Shown one piece after another: positions 10,771 to 19,539 of a stretch of DNA of 48,509 bases (position 1 is its first letter; each line of letters begins with the position of its first letter). Under the pieces are notes generated by a model that was given only the letters and a program-made list of their open reading frames with translations, was not told where the DNA came from and did no database searches. This DNA comes from a virus (taxonomy: Duplodnaviria > Caudoviricetes): the IMG/VR virus record IMGVR_UViG_3300045779_000011, positions 1 to 48,509 of that record. One strand, 5' to 3'. Both the position numbers and the translations under genes were made by a program.

Positions 10771-11189
10771 GACAGACCTCCAAAACCTGTGGCTGTATTT
10801 TCGGTTTCCGGATAGGTATATCGGGGGTACGTTCCCTTGCTATCAACAAACAAATATCTATATACTTGAGGTTGCTCCGTTTCCGGTTCTGTACCTGGGT
10901 CAGGAATAAAATCTGTCTCCTCAGGGTTCTCCGCATATCCGTCTTCGGGGTCGGAGAGTCCCGTATACACCGTATCTAGTTCTTCAACCGCCACCACCTC
11001 GTAGAACTTATACGCCCCGTCTTGGCATAGGCTTTCAGCATAGTCTTCTGCCTTATCTGTTGCTTCTCGAAGTCCGTTAGCCAGAATAAGAACGTCTGTC
11101 TCATCGGCTTCTAGGTCGTTGAAAAGACTCTCGTTACGGTACTGGCGAATAGTTACGTTATAGATAAAACTGAATTCCGGATTAGCCAT
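10761..11189 (-). CDS. Acidic hypothetical protein
   Basis: ORF in tightly packed operon, GGAG RBS. Confidence 0.7.
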   Translation of the reverse strand: MANPEFSFIYNVTIRQYRNESLFNDLEADETDVLILANGLREATDKAEDYAESLCQDGAYKFYEVVAVEELDTVYTGLSDPEDGYAENPEETDFIPDPGTEPETEQPQVYRYLFVDSKGTYPRYTYPETENTATGFGGLSCS

Positions 11190-11334
11190 TCTCTTTCTCC
11201 TCGTAATATAGTGTCATTGCGTCGTCATACCCACACCAGTTGTCTACTCCCATACTCCGTAAACAGTCTAGAATGTGAGAATCATATAGAAGATTTTCGT
11301 AATCCTTTTTAGGAATTGTTACGGTCTCGCCCAT
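11182..11334 (-). CDS. Small hypothetical protein (MGETVTIPKK...GVDNWCGY)
   Basis: ATG at 11334 follows AAGGAG and the promoter; the longer called start overlaps the promoter. Confidence 0.7.
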   Translation of the reverse strand: MGETVTIPKKDYENLLYDSHILDCLRSMGVDNWCGYDDAMTLYYEEKENG

Positions 11335-11578
11335 TTTTAGTACTCTCCTTAATCTCAACCACTGATATAATTCTAACACAGGTTCCTCTCTGTGTCAAGC
11401 CTCCTGCCCAACTTTTCATAACTTTTTTAGCGGCAGTGAGAGAGTTTTCCGGCCAGTAGACATCGAAGTTCGTCCGCCCACCCCTAATACCGTTCGGCTG
11501 TTCTGCTACTGCTAAGTACAAGTGTTTGAAGTTCTTGCAGTCTGGATTGACTACCTTACGATAGAAGTCTGGGGTCAT
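11309..11578 (-). CDS. Hypothetical protein
   Basis: ATG at 11578 overlaps the upstream stop (ATGA). Confidence 0.6.
   Translation of the reverse strand: MTPDFYRKVVNPDCKNFKHLYLAVAEQPNGIRGGRTNFDVYWPENSLTAAKKVMKSWAGGLTQRGTCVRIISVVEIKESTKNGRDRNNS
11370..11398 (-). promoter_or_regulatory. Sigma70-type promoter
   Basis: TTGACA-17 bp-TAGAAT; ACACAG/CTGTGT inverted repeat across the spacer. Confidence 0.85.
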
Positions 11579-11784
11579 TTCATTCTTTCTGTATACTTTA
11601 TGGCAGAGTCCAACGCTTCTTCTCTTGTATCCCCGTATCCTATTTGCTGCCAATCTCCTGGATAGTGATGTTTGTCGTAGGGATTATTATTAGCTTCTAC
11701 TACCCAATAATCCCCGTGTGGTCCAAAAGTGGGATACACACTGACTTGATACCACCGTTTACGAAGGTCGTCCTCTGTCACCAC
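11575..11784 (-). CDS. Hypothetical protein
   Basis: Overlaps both neighbours; GGAG RBS. Confidence 0.65.
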   Translation of the reverse strand: MVTEDDLRKRWYQVSVYPTFGPHGDYWVVEANNNPYDKHHYPGDWQQIGYGDTREEALDSAIKYTERMK

Positions 11785-12305
11785 GTTTCTCCTATCTGAA
11801 GTTGTACTTTCTTCTTAATGTCTTCTAAGCTGATTGGGTAATAATCCGTCATTTCGACGCTAACGTTTAGATACCTGGGGCCATAAGAAAGCTCCGGCAT
11901 ATAGTGGACGTGCCCATGCACATTACAAAAGCTCCGACCAATCGATTCTGGATGTATAGGTATGTGGGTAAAGATCATCCTATCCAGTAAACGACTAGAG
12001 TAAATGGCCTCGAAGTATTGAGCATATTTTTTATAATCCCCCGTATCGTGGTTTCCTATCACCAAGCGAAGGTGCCCTTTTAGCCTCCCTAGGTGGTGAA
12101 GTTCAGACTCTTTCATTGCTAGGTCGCCGAGCACGTAACACTTATCTGAAGGACGCACGAGGGAGTTGAACCTGTCTATCATAGTTTCATTCATTTCCTC
12201 GACTGAATTAAAACTACGCAGAGGGGTTCCGTCCTTTCTTTTAAAGGAAAAGATGGTCGCGGCGTGGCCAAAATGAAAATCTGAGGTACAGAATACGTTC
12301 GACAC
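11778..12305 (-). CDS. Calcineurin-like metallophosphoesterase
   Basis: SDFHFGH, LGD, GNHD, THIP, HGHVH motifs. Confidence 0.9.
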   Translation of the reverse strand: MSNVFCTSDFHFGHAATIFSFKRKDGTPLRSFNSVEEMNETMIDRFNSLVRPSDKCYVLGDLAMKESELHHLGRLKGHLRLVIGNHDTGDYKKYAQYFEAIYSSRLLDRMIFTHIPIHPESIGRSFCNVHGHVHYMPELSYGPRYLNVSVEMTDYYPISLEDIKKKVQLQIGETW

Positions 12306-12578
12306 TTAGCTCTCCACTATCTCTAGTTTGTTGTTCTCAAACGGAATCTTGCATCCGGTATATAAGTGCGGGCCAAAAATATGGCATAACTCATACAAGT
12401 GAAAGTAGTGTTTATCTCCTTCTGTATGCTCTTTGAGAATAATATCTAGAGCGTTTGGAAGAACATCAACAACCTTGTGGGCAAGACAATGAGCGTGTAG
12501 ACCAAAAATCTCTTTCCCTTCGGGGGTGAGAGTAACATATACCTGATCGTTAAGATTTACTGTAACAAATTTTCTCAT
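12306..12578 (-). CDS. Hypothetical protein
   Basis: ORF abutting both neighbours. Confidence 0.65.
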   Translation of the reverse strand: MRKFVTVNLNDQVYVTLTPEGKEIFGLHAHCLAHKVVDVLPNALDIILKEHTEGDKHYFHLYELCHIFGPHLYTGCKIPFENNKLEIVES

Positions 12579-12579
12579 C

Positions 12580-13125
12580 CTAGTCCTTCTCTCTGCTCTT
12601 TTCTAGATATACTATAGCGCGAGAAAGATTTTTGGTATCTTCTCCAAAGTATCCTAGAGCACTGTTACATTTATGACAGAGTATTCCTCTAACTTTCCCA
12701 GTAATGTGGCAATGGTCTATTCTCCTGTCGTTCCTTGATTCAAAGACTTTCAGGCATATAGCACATGAATTATTCTGAGATTCCACGATTTGTTCGACAT
12801 CTTCGGCTTCAATTCCGTACCTACTTCTTATAGTATTGTTTCTGAATCTCTCTGGGTCTTCTTCTCTGTACTTCTTTTTCCGTTCTCTATCTTGTTCCTT
12901 GTTTTCGTCCCTCCACTTTTTCCCGTAGGCTTTAGCTCTCTCTGGGTGCTCTTTTACCCAAACTTTAGCTCTTTCATACCTACACTTTTTACAGGAACCT
13001 TTTGGCGTCACATTCTCGGGAGTTCTTTCGTGACCCCGTAAACAGTGTGTTTTTCTTTTAGTACCCACAGCTACTCCGGCACCGTATAGTACACTTGCTC
13101 GATAAGACCTTCTTCTGCGGACCAC
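12580..13125 (-). CDS. Endonuclease VII-family nuclease
   Basis: CAIC...IDHCHITGKVRGILCHKCNSALG; N-terminal THCLRGH..TPEN..CKKC. Start uncertain. Confidence 0.88.
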   Translation of the reverse strand: MVRRRRSYRASVLYGAGVAVGTKRKTHCLRGHERTPENVTPKGSCKKCRYERAKVWVKEHPERAKAYGKKWRDENKEQDRERKKKYREEDPERFRNNTIRSRYGIEAEDVEQIVESQNNSCAICLKVFESRNDRRIDHCHITGKVRGILCHKCNSALGYFGEDTKNLSRAIVYLEKSREKD

Positions 13126-14204
13126 ACGTAGGCTTCCGCGTTTCGCAGGTTACCCACAAAACCGTTAGTAGCCAGCCAGTCATCCACCTCTGTAAGAGCA
13201 GGAAGAATACGAACCCGGACCCCGTGCTGCTCATCCAGCTTAGTCTTATGGATATGACCTGTGTGGCACTCCCGGAACTTTGTCTCCCCGAACATCTTGC
13301 TCTGTTCTGTAGCCATCAACAGCGGGTAGTCGTCCCTCTTCCCTTTGTGTCCGTGACACAACATGAGCATAACGTTTCCGTGCTGGTGGTACTTCCTTGC
13401 CCGAGGGAGATTGTCGATCTCCACGTCTTTGTACTTATTGAAGAAACACTCTAGAGAGTCCCCAAGATGCCAGCAAGAAAGCTGATCGTGGTTCCCGCTA
13501 ACAATAACCACCTTTACTGGTGCTACCTGACGGAGACGCTCGATAGAGTTAATCATTACTGTGCGTACCGCCGCGAAGGTCTTATGGTATCGTGCGTCAG
13601 AGCTAACATAAGTTCCTCCCGTTGTACGACCTTCAATGTCGTCCGCGTTGATTAGATCGTTGCCAACTACGTACAAAACACTAGAAAATTTGTGGTGTGC
13701 TACCCTAGACAAAAGAGTTTCTAGTGCTTCCCAGTATATTTTTTCAGCTATTTTAACATCGTAGTTTCCGTATCCAGTTTCAATTCCCCAAGCCAATTTT
13801 CCGAAATGGCTATCTGGCAGGTTTATCTCTAACATAAGATTGGACTTAGAGGATTTCCTAATCACTGCTGAAGGCTTTGGTGCCCAAGTAGCCGCTAATT
13901 CCTTAAGGGACTCAATCTCCTTTTGTGCAGATTCAACATCCTTACGCTTCGAAAGAAATGCCTTAACTTGGAACAAGGGTTCTACCTTAAGATCGCCATC
14001 CTTGTTCTTGGCCCCGACTTCCCACTTGTTAACCAGGAACTTTTCCACAAGCCACACAGAGAGATCAACCTTGCAGTATTCAATGAGTTGATCTAGTGTG
14101 TGTATGCGAGTTTTCGGTAAAGAGATAGCCCAGGTACTATCAGTAATCTCGCTAGTCTCCGCGTCCTTAATCTTTGCTGTGTTGATAATATCGTCTGTCT
14201 TCAC
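13071..14204 (-). CDS. Calcineurin-like metallophosphoesterase (large phage type)
   Basis: DSHFGK, GND, GNHD, HGH, GHIH motifs. Confidence 0.85.
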   Translation of the reverse strand: MKTDDIINTAKIKDAETSEITDSTWAISLPKTRIHTLDQLIEYCKVDLSVWLVEKFLVNKWEVGAKNKDGDLKVEPLFQVKAFLSKRKDVESAQKEIESLKELAATWAPKPSAVIRKSSKSNLMLEINLPDSHFGKLAWGIETGYGNYDVKIAEKIYWEALETLLSRVAHHKFSSVLYVVGNDLINADDIEGRTTGGTYVSSDARYHKTFAAVRTVMINSIERLRQVAPVKVVIVSGNHDQLSCWHLGDSLECFFNKYKDVEIDNLPRARKYHQHGNVMLMLCHGHKGKRDDYPLLMATEQSKMFGETKFRECHTGHIHKTKLDEQHGVRVRILPALTEVDDWLATNGFVGNLRNAEAYVWSAEEGLIEQVYYTVPE

Positions 14205-14470
14205 AGAACCTTCTTTCCAAATAGTTTCTTGTGTTTGCGGCGAAACAATTTTATTGCCGATTTACTTCCGTAATACTCTACCCCGAGAGGAAACTCTACA
14301 CACCAACCCTCTAGGTAGGGGGAGCACGTAATAGTAAGACTGTTAAACCCTAGAGCAGCGGCTACCTCTTCTGGTTCAAACACTTCATCCTTCGGCTGGG
14401 ACTCTAGCCAGTCAACAACTTTCTGTACGTTTTCCGGAAAAGGTTGGCCGAGAACATCATCAATCTTCAT
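14201..14470 (-). CDS. Small winged-helix-like protein, paralog of next gene
   Basis: Aligns by eye with 14467..14709 (LE..P.DE, TI..S..L, LG..Y.GS..A). Confidence 0.6.
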   Translation of the reverse strand: MKIDDVLGQPFPENVQKVVDWLESQPKDEVFEPEEVAAALGFNSLTITCSPYLEGWCVEFPLGVEYYGSKSAIKLFRRKHKKLFGKKVL

Positions 14471-14709
14471 TCCCCCTCCGCGATCTTCTTTTCAAACTGA
14501 GATACGGCCTCTCTTGATCCAAAATAATTCTTCCCTAGAAAGTTAGTTCGGTATGGGCGCAAAGTTTGAGAACTCTTGATTGTGCTTTCCGGGACCCCGA
14601 ACTTTTCATTCAACTCCTGGATGGTATACAACTCGTCTACAGGGGACTTCTCTAGGAAGCTAAGAACTTCCTTGGTGGTCCCACCTTTCAAAATATCTGT
14701 CGTCTTCAT
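14467..14709 (-). CDS. Small winged-helix-like protein
   Basis: HTH-like TIQELNEKFGVPESTIK; paralog of previous gene. Confidence 0.6.
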   Translation of the reverse strand: MKTTDILKGGTTKEVLSFLEKSPVDELYTIQELNEKFGVPESTIKSSQTLRPYRTNFLGKNYFGSREAVSQFEKKIAEGE

Positions 14710-14999
14710 TATCCTTCTTCCTCTTCTTCACGAAAATAGCTTAGAGGGTTGTGCCCAGAAATTGTAGTCGATCCTGTGATGTCCTGTAGCTTATCAATGA
14801 GATCTTGGTCTTCACTTTTTACTGTAATATCGTCTTTGTCCAGGGTCCCATAAATCTCACTATGCTTACCGAGGATTTCTCCGAAGTAGATTTCTTTGCC
14901 GATAGCATTGTCAATTTCTTCTTGGGTACAAATGAACAAGCTTTCCACTATCCCCATCCTGCGAACATACCACTGAAAATGTACTAAAAGTTTCTTCAC
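14709..14999 (-). CDS. Hypothetical protein
   Basis: GTG start after GGAGG; YFGEILGKHSE. Confidence 0.7.
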   Translation of the reverse strand: MKKLLVHFQWYVRRMGIVESLFICTQEEIDNAIGKEIYFGEILGKHSEIYGTLDKDDITVKSEDQDLIDKLQDITGSTTISGHNPLSYFREEEEEG

Positions 15000-15151
15000 T
15001 CTTCTACCTCCTCGAAACTAACTATGGTTGCGGTTAAATCCCGGGGTAATCCGTGCTGGAGGGCGTTATCTACCCAGTATTCTAGGTCTTCTGCGTCGGA
15101 TTCACTGGAATCCTCAATTTCTACGAGTACTTGGTATACGTGGTTTCTCAT
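14996..15151 (-). CDS. Small acidic protein, 51 aa (not in ORF track)
   Basis: MRNHVYQVLVEIEDSSESDAEDLEYW...EEVEE; fills the gap with 4-nt overlaps at both ends. Confidence 0.7.
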   Translation of the reverse strand: MRNHVYQVLVEIEDSSESDAEDLEYWVDNALQHGLPRDLTATIVSFEEVEE

Positions 15152-15894
15152 AATGGCTTCACCCATCCGGTAATCAAGCCAGCCAAGTAGCTAAAGAAAG
15201 CAATCTTGACTTTCTGTTTAAGGTTCTTCGCTTTGAGAGCCTTCACTTCTGTTTTACAGGCGATATCTTGATCCTTAATCTCTGTCTTCAGATTACTAAC
15301 CACATTATTGCAGGAATTAACTTCCGTGGTTAGCCCCCCAATCTGACTATCCTGGTTACTCTTAATGTTCTGGTCGTCTGATATCTGCTGCTTAAGCGCC
15401 GGGATTTGATCTAACGTAGCCGCCGTATTTCCTGCTTGCTGGTGGGTTAGATCAACCCCTGTTGTGCTGCTCTGTATCCCGGATTGACCTGTTAAAGTAT
15501 CCAATCTTGCCGCTAGCTGTTGGTTGTTAAGTTGCTGATCCAACACAGCTTGTTGAGCCGCCGACTTATATGCTGCCGCTGTTTGTGCCGCTAGCTGTTG
15601 GTTCTGTGCCTGAAGTTGCGACTGAATTACTGCTGTCTGCTTCTGTAGGTCTGCATACCCCGCAAGTAGGGTCTTGTTCGTCGCCTCTTGGGTTTTGAGA
15701 ACATTCGTGGCTACGACAGCTTCAGTTTTCGCTTCCGTATAATGCCTGTCGATCCAGTCGCGGCCCAGATACAGGACCACCAAAATAGACACCAATATAA
15801 GGACGAACTTTCCGTGAACCTTGAGCCACGCCCAGCCTTCTTTAACTTCTGATTCTATTTTTTCTACTTCTGTTACTTCCTGTGTACCCATCAT
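15148..15894 (-). CDS. Membrane-anchored coiled-coil protein, spanin-like
   Basis: N-terminal TM (FVLILVSILVVLYLG), long Gln-rich coiled coil, hydrophobic C-terminus. Confidence 0.5.
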   Translation of the reverse strand: MMGTQEVTEVEKIESEVKEGWAWLKVHGKFVLILVSILVVLYLGRDWIDRHYTEAKTEAVVATNVLKTQEATNKTLLAGYADLQKQTAVIQSQLQAQNQQLAAQTAAAYKSAAQQAVLDQQLNNQQLAARLDTLTGQSGIQSSTTGVDLTHQQAGNTAATLDQIPALKQQISDDQNIKSNQDSQIGGLTTEVNSCNNVVSNLKTEIKDQDIACKTEVKALKAKNLKQKVKIAFFSYLAGLITGWVKPL

Positions 15895-16406
15895 TCCCCC
15901 TCAAACCCGTTACGCCAGTCAGATTCACCGGCTAGAAACTTCTGGTAGTTCCTGATATAGATGGCCGCGTTTTCCATTAGTTCCGGATCATCGTTAAATT
16001 TCTGAATTGCTGCGTTACTCTGCCAGTTGAGTATCCCTCTAACACTTAGACGCTTCAGTCTTGCCTTAACCTTAGCCCGAGAAACCTGCTTTAGCCTATC
16101 TACTTCACAAAAGGTTAGGCGTTTGGGGCACTGAGGAAATTCATCAAACTTCGCCCCCACCGGCCACGAAAGCCAGTCTCCGTTAGGTTGTTTCTTGGAT
16201 ACAATCTTCCATCGTTCAATCTTGTGGTCGTGGTCCGTGTGAAGTGCTTTTTCTCCGAGTTGCGGTTTCCCTGAGATTGAACAGACTCCCCCGTTTCTAC
16301 GAAGAGCCTCGTCGTATTCCTTCTGTGTAATCGAAAACTTCTTACGTAGGTAGCGATCCCTTGGGGTCAATTTATCGGAGGTACTTCGGGTCTTCTTTAT
16401 TCTCAT
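15891..16406 (-). CDS. Divergent Endonuclease VII-like protein
   Basis: CSISG..LHTDHDH...VRGILNWQSNAAIQKFNDDP; most Zn-ligand Cys lost; long insertion. Confidence 0.7.
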   Translation of the reverse strand: MRIKKTRSTSDKLTPRDRYLRKKFSITQKEYDEALRRNGGVCSISGKPQLGEKALHTDHDHKIERWKIVSKKQPNGDWLSWPVGAKFDEFPQCPKRLTFCEVDRLKQVSRAKVKARLKRLSVRGILNWQSNAAIQKFNDDPELMENAAIYIRNYQKFLAGESDWRNGFEGE

Positions 16407-16530
16407 CGTATATTTCCTCGTCGTTAAAACTAGGGTAGCGGGCTACCAAGGAATGAAAATGGCTTAAACATTTTGGGCAGTCATCGGAATCCTGACCTTC
16501 ATAAATTATTAGGCAATAGTCGCACTTCAT
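16372..16530 (-). CDS. Small zinc-ribbon protein, 52 aa (not in ORF track)
   Basis: MKCDYC...CPKC; fills the intergenic gap. Confidence 0.6.
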   Translation of the reverse strand: MKCDYCLIIYEGQDSDDCPKCLSHFHSLVARYPSFNDEEIYDENKEDPKYLR

Positions 16531-16538
16531 TAAGGTTG

Positions 16539-17654
16539 TCAAGGCTCCTCCCTCTTAAAAAAAGTTTTTACTGGCTTACAGAGTTCCCAAACTTGGCTGT
16601 CAAACTTGTCCATTCTCCCGTCCATTAGGGTGAACAAGAGTTCGGGGTGTGCATAAAGTTTTGCATAGAAAGCAAACGTCTTTCTGCGCTCCTTCTCGGA
16701 AACGTCCAACCCGAAGCACGCACCGTTAACTAGGGTGTTTATACTCCTAAAAGCCCCGGTATACGCGGTTTTCATAGCGTCGTGGTCTTGTTTTATATCT
16801 TTTGCTAGACTGTTGGCCCAAGACTTAATTTCCTCCGAAGCGTCCGCTAAGATTATATTAACATACTCCGCTCTCTTTGTAAACTCCCAAACAGAAATAC
16901 TTGAGGTGTTGAATACGATCTTATGCAAACGAACATAATCATCAAATTTCAGCTTCACACGAAACGCCGGACCTTCCGGTTGATAGTACGTTACCACATA
17001 CCCTTCTTCATTAGGGATATTCTTGGCTTGTATAACTCCGAGATCTTCGTAGGCATACTCCTTAACAACCTTGTAGTCTTTTAGCCAAGTGCTTACATAG
17101 AGGTCCGCGCACTCTGGAGAATACTCGGTACCATCCAGATTAATGGCCCCGAGTAGAACCAGACCTGAGTAGTCATAATCAACTACCTTTCTATCCTCCG
17201 GAATAATTACCTCGAATATAAAGCTGAGTTCTCTCTCCGAATAGGAACATATCTTTCCAGTAAAATGATTCCTGATCCAAGTGTCTGCCCACTTAGCTTG
17301 GTCGGATTCAAAACTTCCTCGGGTATTGACTACCAGTTCGTTCTTGTACCAAAACACAGAGAGATAGGACCCATCAGCCTTTTCAAACACACGAGGAGTT
17401 CCTTCCGGTAGCGGGCCGGATTTTGGATCACCCCAATTGAAAAATTTTTCAAATCCATGACTCTGAATCTCAAGATCGTCAGAGTATACCAAGCCACGGC
17501 AGCGGCGGAGGGTCTTACCCCACTCTGTCGTAACTGCTTTAGGGGTGTAGTTCAAAACCATCAAATCCAAAGAAGGGTGGCGGCGAGAAGACACAAATCC
17601 GTCGTCTATTAGTTGCCCCAGTTCATGTACATCGATGTATTCATTCAGCTTCAT
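16539..17654 (-). CDS. RNA ligase, T4 Rnl1-like
   Basis: CRGL, FEKFFNWG, motif I EKADGS, TRGSF, FE, EGYVV, VKLK. Confidence 0.9.
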   Translation of the reverse strand: MKLNEYIDVHELGQLIDDGFVSSRRHPSLDLMVLNYTPKAVTTEWGKTLRRCRGLVYSDDLEIQSHGFEKFFNWGDPKSGPLPEGTPRVFEKADGSYLSVFWYKNELVVNTRGSFESDQAKWADTWIRNHFTGKICSYSERELSFIFEVIIPEDRKVVDYDYSGLVLLGAINLDGTEYSPECADLYVSTWLKDYKVVKEYAYEDLGVIQAKNIPNEEGYVVTYYQPEGPAFRVKLKFDDYVRLHKIVFNTSSISVWEFTKRAEYVNIILADASEEIKSWANSLAKDIKQDHDAMKTAYTGAFRSINTLVNGACFGLDVSEKERRKTFAFYAKLYAHPELLFTLMDGRMDKFDSQVWELCKPVKTFFKREEP

Positions 17655-17808
17655 GTTGGTCCACCAGTTCTCCAAAAACTATATCGTAAATATCTTGCCA
17701 ATCTTCCTCTCGGGTTTCCGGACCTTCATAGTCAGAAAGAGGATACATCATTACAACGTCCTCCAAAACTCTGTCCGCTATTCTTTTCGCCAGTTCTTCG
17801 TAGGTCAT
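17641..17808 (-). CDS. Small acidic protein, 55 aa (not in ORF track)
   Basis: MTYEELAKRIADRVLEDVV...HEAE; ATGA overlap with the upstream gene. Confidence 0.65.
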   Translation of the reverse strand: MTYEELAKRIADRVLEDVVMMYPLSDYEGPETREEDWQDIYDIVFGELVDQHEAE

Positions 17809-18005
17809 AGTCTTGTCCTTGTGTCTCCGGGAGCTACTTGTACTTCTGGAAGGCTATAGTAATAAGAGTTCTCGTGGTTTAATCTAGCACACTCCTCTTT
17901 GCTTTGTCTAACCACTCCTGCTGTAGAAGACTCCCAACACATAAAAATTCCTGCCCAGCAAGAAGCCTGCTTACAGCTTTCGCAAACCCAAACATCAGAC
18001 ATCAA
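17805..18005 (-). CDS. Cys-rich hypothetical protein
   Basis: CESC.QASCW.GIFMC. Confidence 0.65.
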   Translation of the reverse strand: MMSDVWVCESCKQASCWAGIFMCWESSTAGVVRQSKEECARLNHENSYYYSLPEVQVAPGDTRTRL

Positions 18006-18910
18006 AAATCCTCCAAATCTCTTCCCCTAATCCACTCTACGTTTAATCCAAGGGCTTCCCAAGCCTTACAGACTCGCGGCCTGTCATCGAGTATCTTAAC
18101 AGGGGTAGACGGAAGTAGTTTCAAAAACTCTGGCTTCACAACTTCATCCGGCCTTCTGTCTCCCCTATCTCGGAATAGGAATAAGAATGGATTGAATATA
18201 GGAACATCTAGCTCCGGAAAAAGGGGATTGCCTACCCAGCAGTCTTTAAACCACTTCCTAGTTTCCCACTCATACTCTGCTCCGCGCCCGCTAACAATAA
18301 TAATCAGATGGCCGGAATCTTCTAGATCCTTAACTTTCTGGAATACCTCTATTACTGGACTGTCGAGATGAATTTCCGAGTAGTACGCATCCCAGTTTTT
18401 CTTATCCCCCTTAAGGAACCTTTCCCGTCCGTTAGAAGAGGCGAGGGTCCCATCGATATCTACAAGCACAATAGGCTTGTCCGGAAATTGAACTAACCCG
18501 TTTCGAAGAGCGGTCTTAATAATAACGTTTGCCCCTACGGAAGGAAGTCCTTTTTCCCCACGTTCCTTGTCTCTACGGATACACTCTTCGAGTGGGGTGT
18601 CCAGAAAAATAGTTTCTGAAGAATAGTCAAACCAAGTATCGCTGTAAAGTTCCTTCCAGAAGTCGGCCTTGAAATTTGTGTCATCAACAATAGCCGACCG
18701 CCCCTGCTCTAGGAGAACTTTAGCAAGAGCTTTCTCACAAGCGATGATAGTCTTCTCTCTGTCTCTAGACCACTTAGAGTCGAAGATCATGGCCCGAAGA
18801 TCGTCTCGGTTAATCCGGCCAGAGTTGTAGCCGGAGTCTTTAACCATCTTACGAGCTAGAGTGCTCTTTCCAGAGGCGGGCAGGCCCTTCAGTAAAGTTA
18901 GCTTACTCAA
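18002..18910 (-). CDS. pseT: Polynucleotide 5'-kinase / 3'-phosphatase (T4 PNK-like)
   Basis: GLPASGKST, RDDLR kinase domain; HAD motifs DIDGTL, SGR, DDR. Confidence 0.92.
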   Translation of the reverse strand: MSKLTLLKGLPASGKSTLARKMVKDSGYNSGRINRDDLRAMIFDSKWSRDREKTIIACEKALAKVLLEQGRSAIVDDTNFKADFWKELYSDTWFDYSSETIFLDTPLEECIRRDKERGEKGLPSVGANVIIKTALRNGLVQFPDKPIVLVDIDGTLASSNGRERFLKGDKKNWDAYYSEIHLDSPVIEVFQKVKDLEDSGHLIIIVSGRGAEYEWETRKWFKDCWVGNPLFPELDVPIFNPFLFLFRDRGDRRPDEVVKPEFLKLLPSTPVKILDDRPRVCKAWEALGLNVEWIRGRDLEDF

Positions 18911-19071
18911 TTCTCCTCCTTGATTACCGATACAATCTGCTCCCAGCCTTCAAGAATCTGTCTGTTGGCCCGCTCCCACGCATCGTGTAGGTCAACCGCG
19001 TCAATCTCAAACTCTCGTTCTTCGTCTTCAGAAAAATCTGAAGGTGTTTTGACTACGCACCAAAACTTCAT
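18907..19071 (-). CDS. Small acidic protein, 54 aa (not in ORF track)
   Basis: MKFWCVVKTP...FEIDAVDLHDAWERA; overlaps both neighbours. Confidence 0.7.
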   Translation of the reverse strand: MKFWCVVKTPSDFSEDEEREFEIDAVDLHDAWERANRQILEGWEQIVSVIKEEN

Positions 19072-19331
19072 CCTACAATATCCTCGGGGAGAGTACCCAG
19101 CAATATGGGTTGTAGGGGGTTGTTAAATGTCATCAACCCTAAGTAGATGTTTCCTCCGTTGGCGATAACAAATCGTTCTTCCATAGTAGGCTCCCATTTA
19201 GACACGACGAGTCCTGATGGAAAACGGATTGTAGGTAGCGGATAGTATTCTGGTTGGTCTGCCGCATACACAACGTCCTCTCCGTTAGAGAACTTTGGAC
19301 TTTCGGTCCTACTAATTTTTACTGGAATCAC
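19068..19331 (-). CDS. Hypothetical protein
   Basis: DQPEYYPLP...SKWEPT.EER...PLQPI. Confidence 0.7.
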   Translation of the reverse strand: MIPVKISRTESPKFSNGEDVVYAADQPEYYPLPTIRFPSGLVVSKWEPTMEERFVIANGGNIYLGLMTFNNPLQPILLGTLPEDIVG

Positions 19332-19494
19332 TTGTTTCTCCTACTGGTGAAATACTGAGTACCTTCTCTTTACCTGCGAGTGTACAATCTGCTATCCAGA
19401 ACTTGGCCTCTTCTAGGTCTTCTGCTTCTACTTGGAAATTCCTGATTCCAGATTCTCCGTAGGGGCTTTCTAAAACAACGTCATAGATATTCAT
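19312..19494 (-). CDS. Small hypothetical protein
   Basis: ATG at 19494 after AGGAG; the ORF-track TTG start is the -35 box. Confidence 0.7.
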   Translation of the reverse strand: MNIYDVVLESPYGESGIRNFQVEAEDLEEAKFWIADCTLAGKEKVLSISPVGETSDSSKN

Positions 19495-19510
19495 TTCTTC
19501 TCCTATTATT

Positions 19511-19539
19511 AGAGTATCACACTTCACTCTACTTGTCAA
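19511..19539 (-). promoter_or_regulatory. Sigma70-type promoter
   Basis: TTGACA-17 bp-TACTCT with extended -10 TG. Confidence 0.75.
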
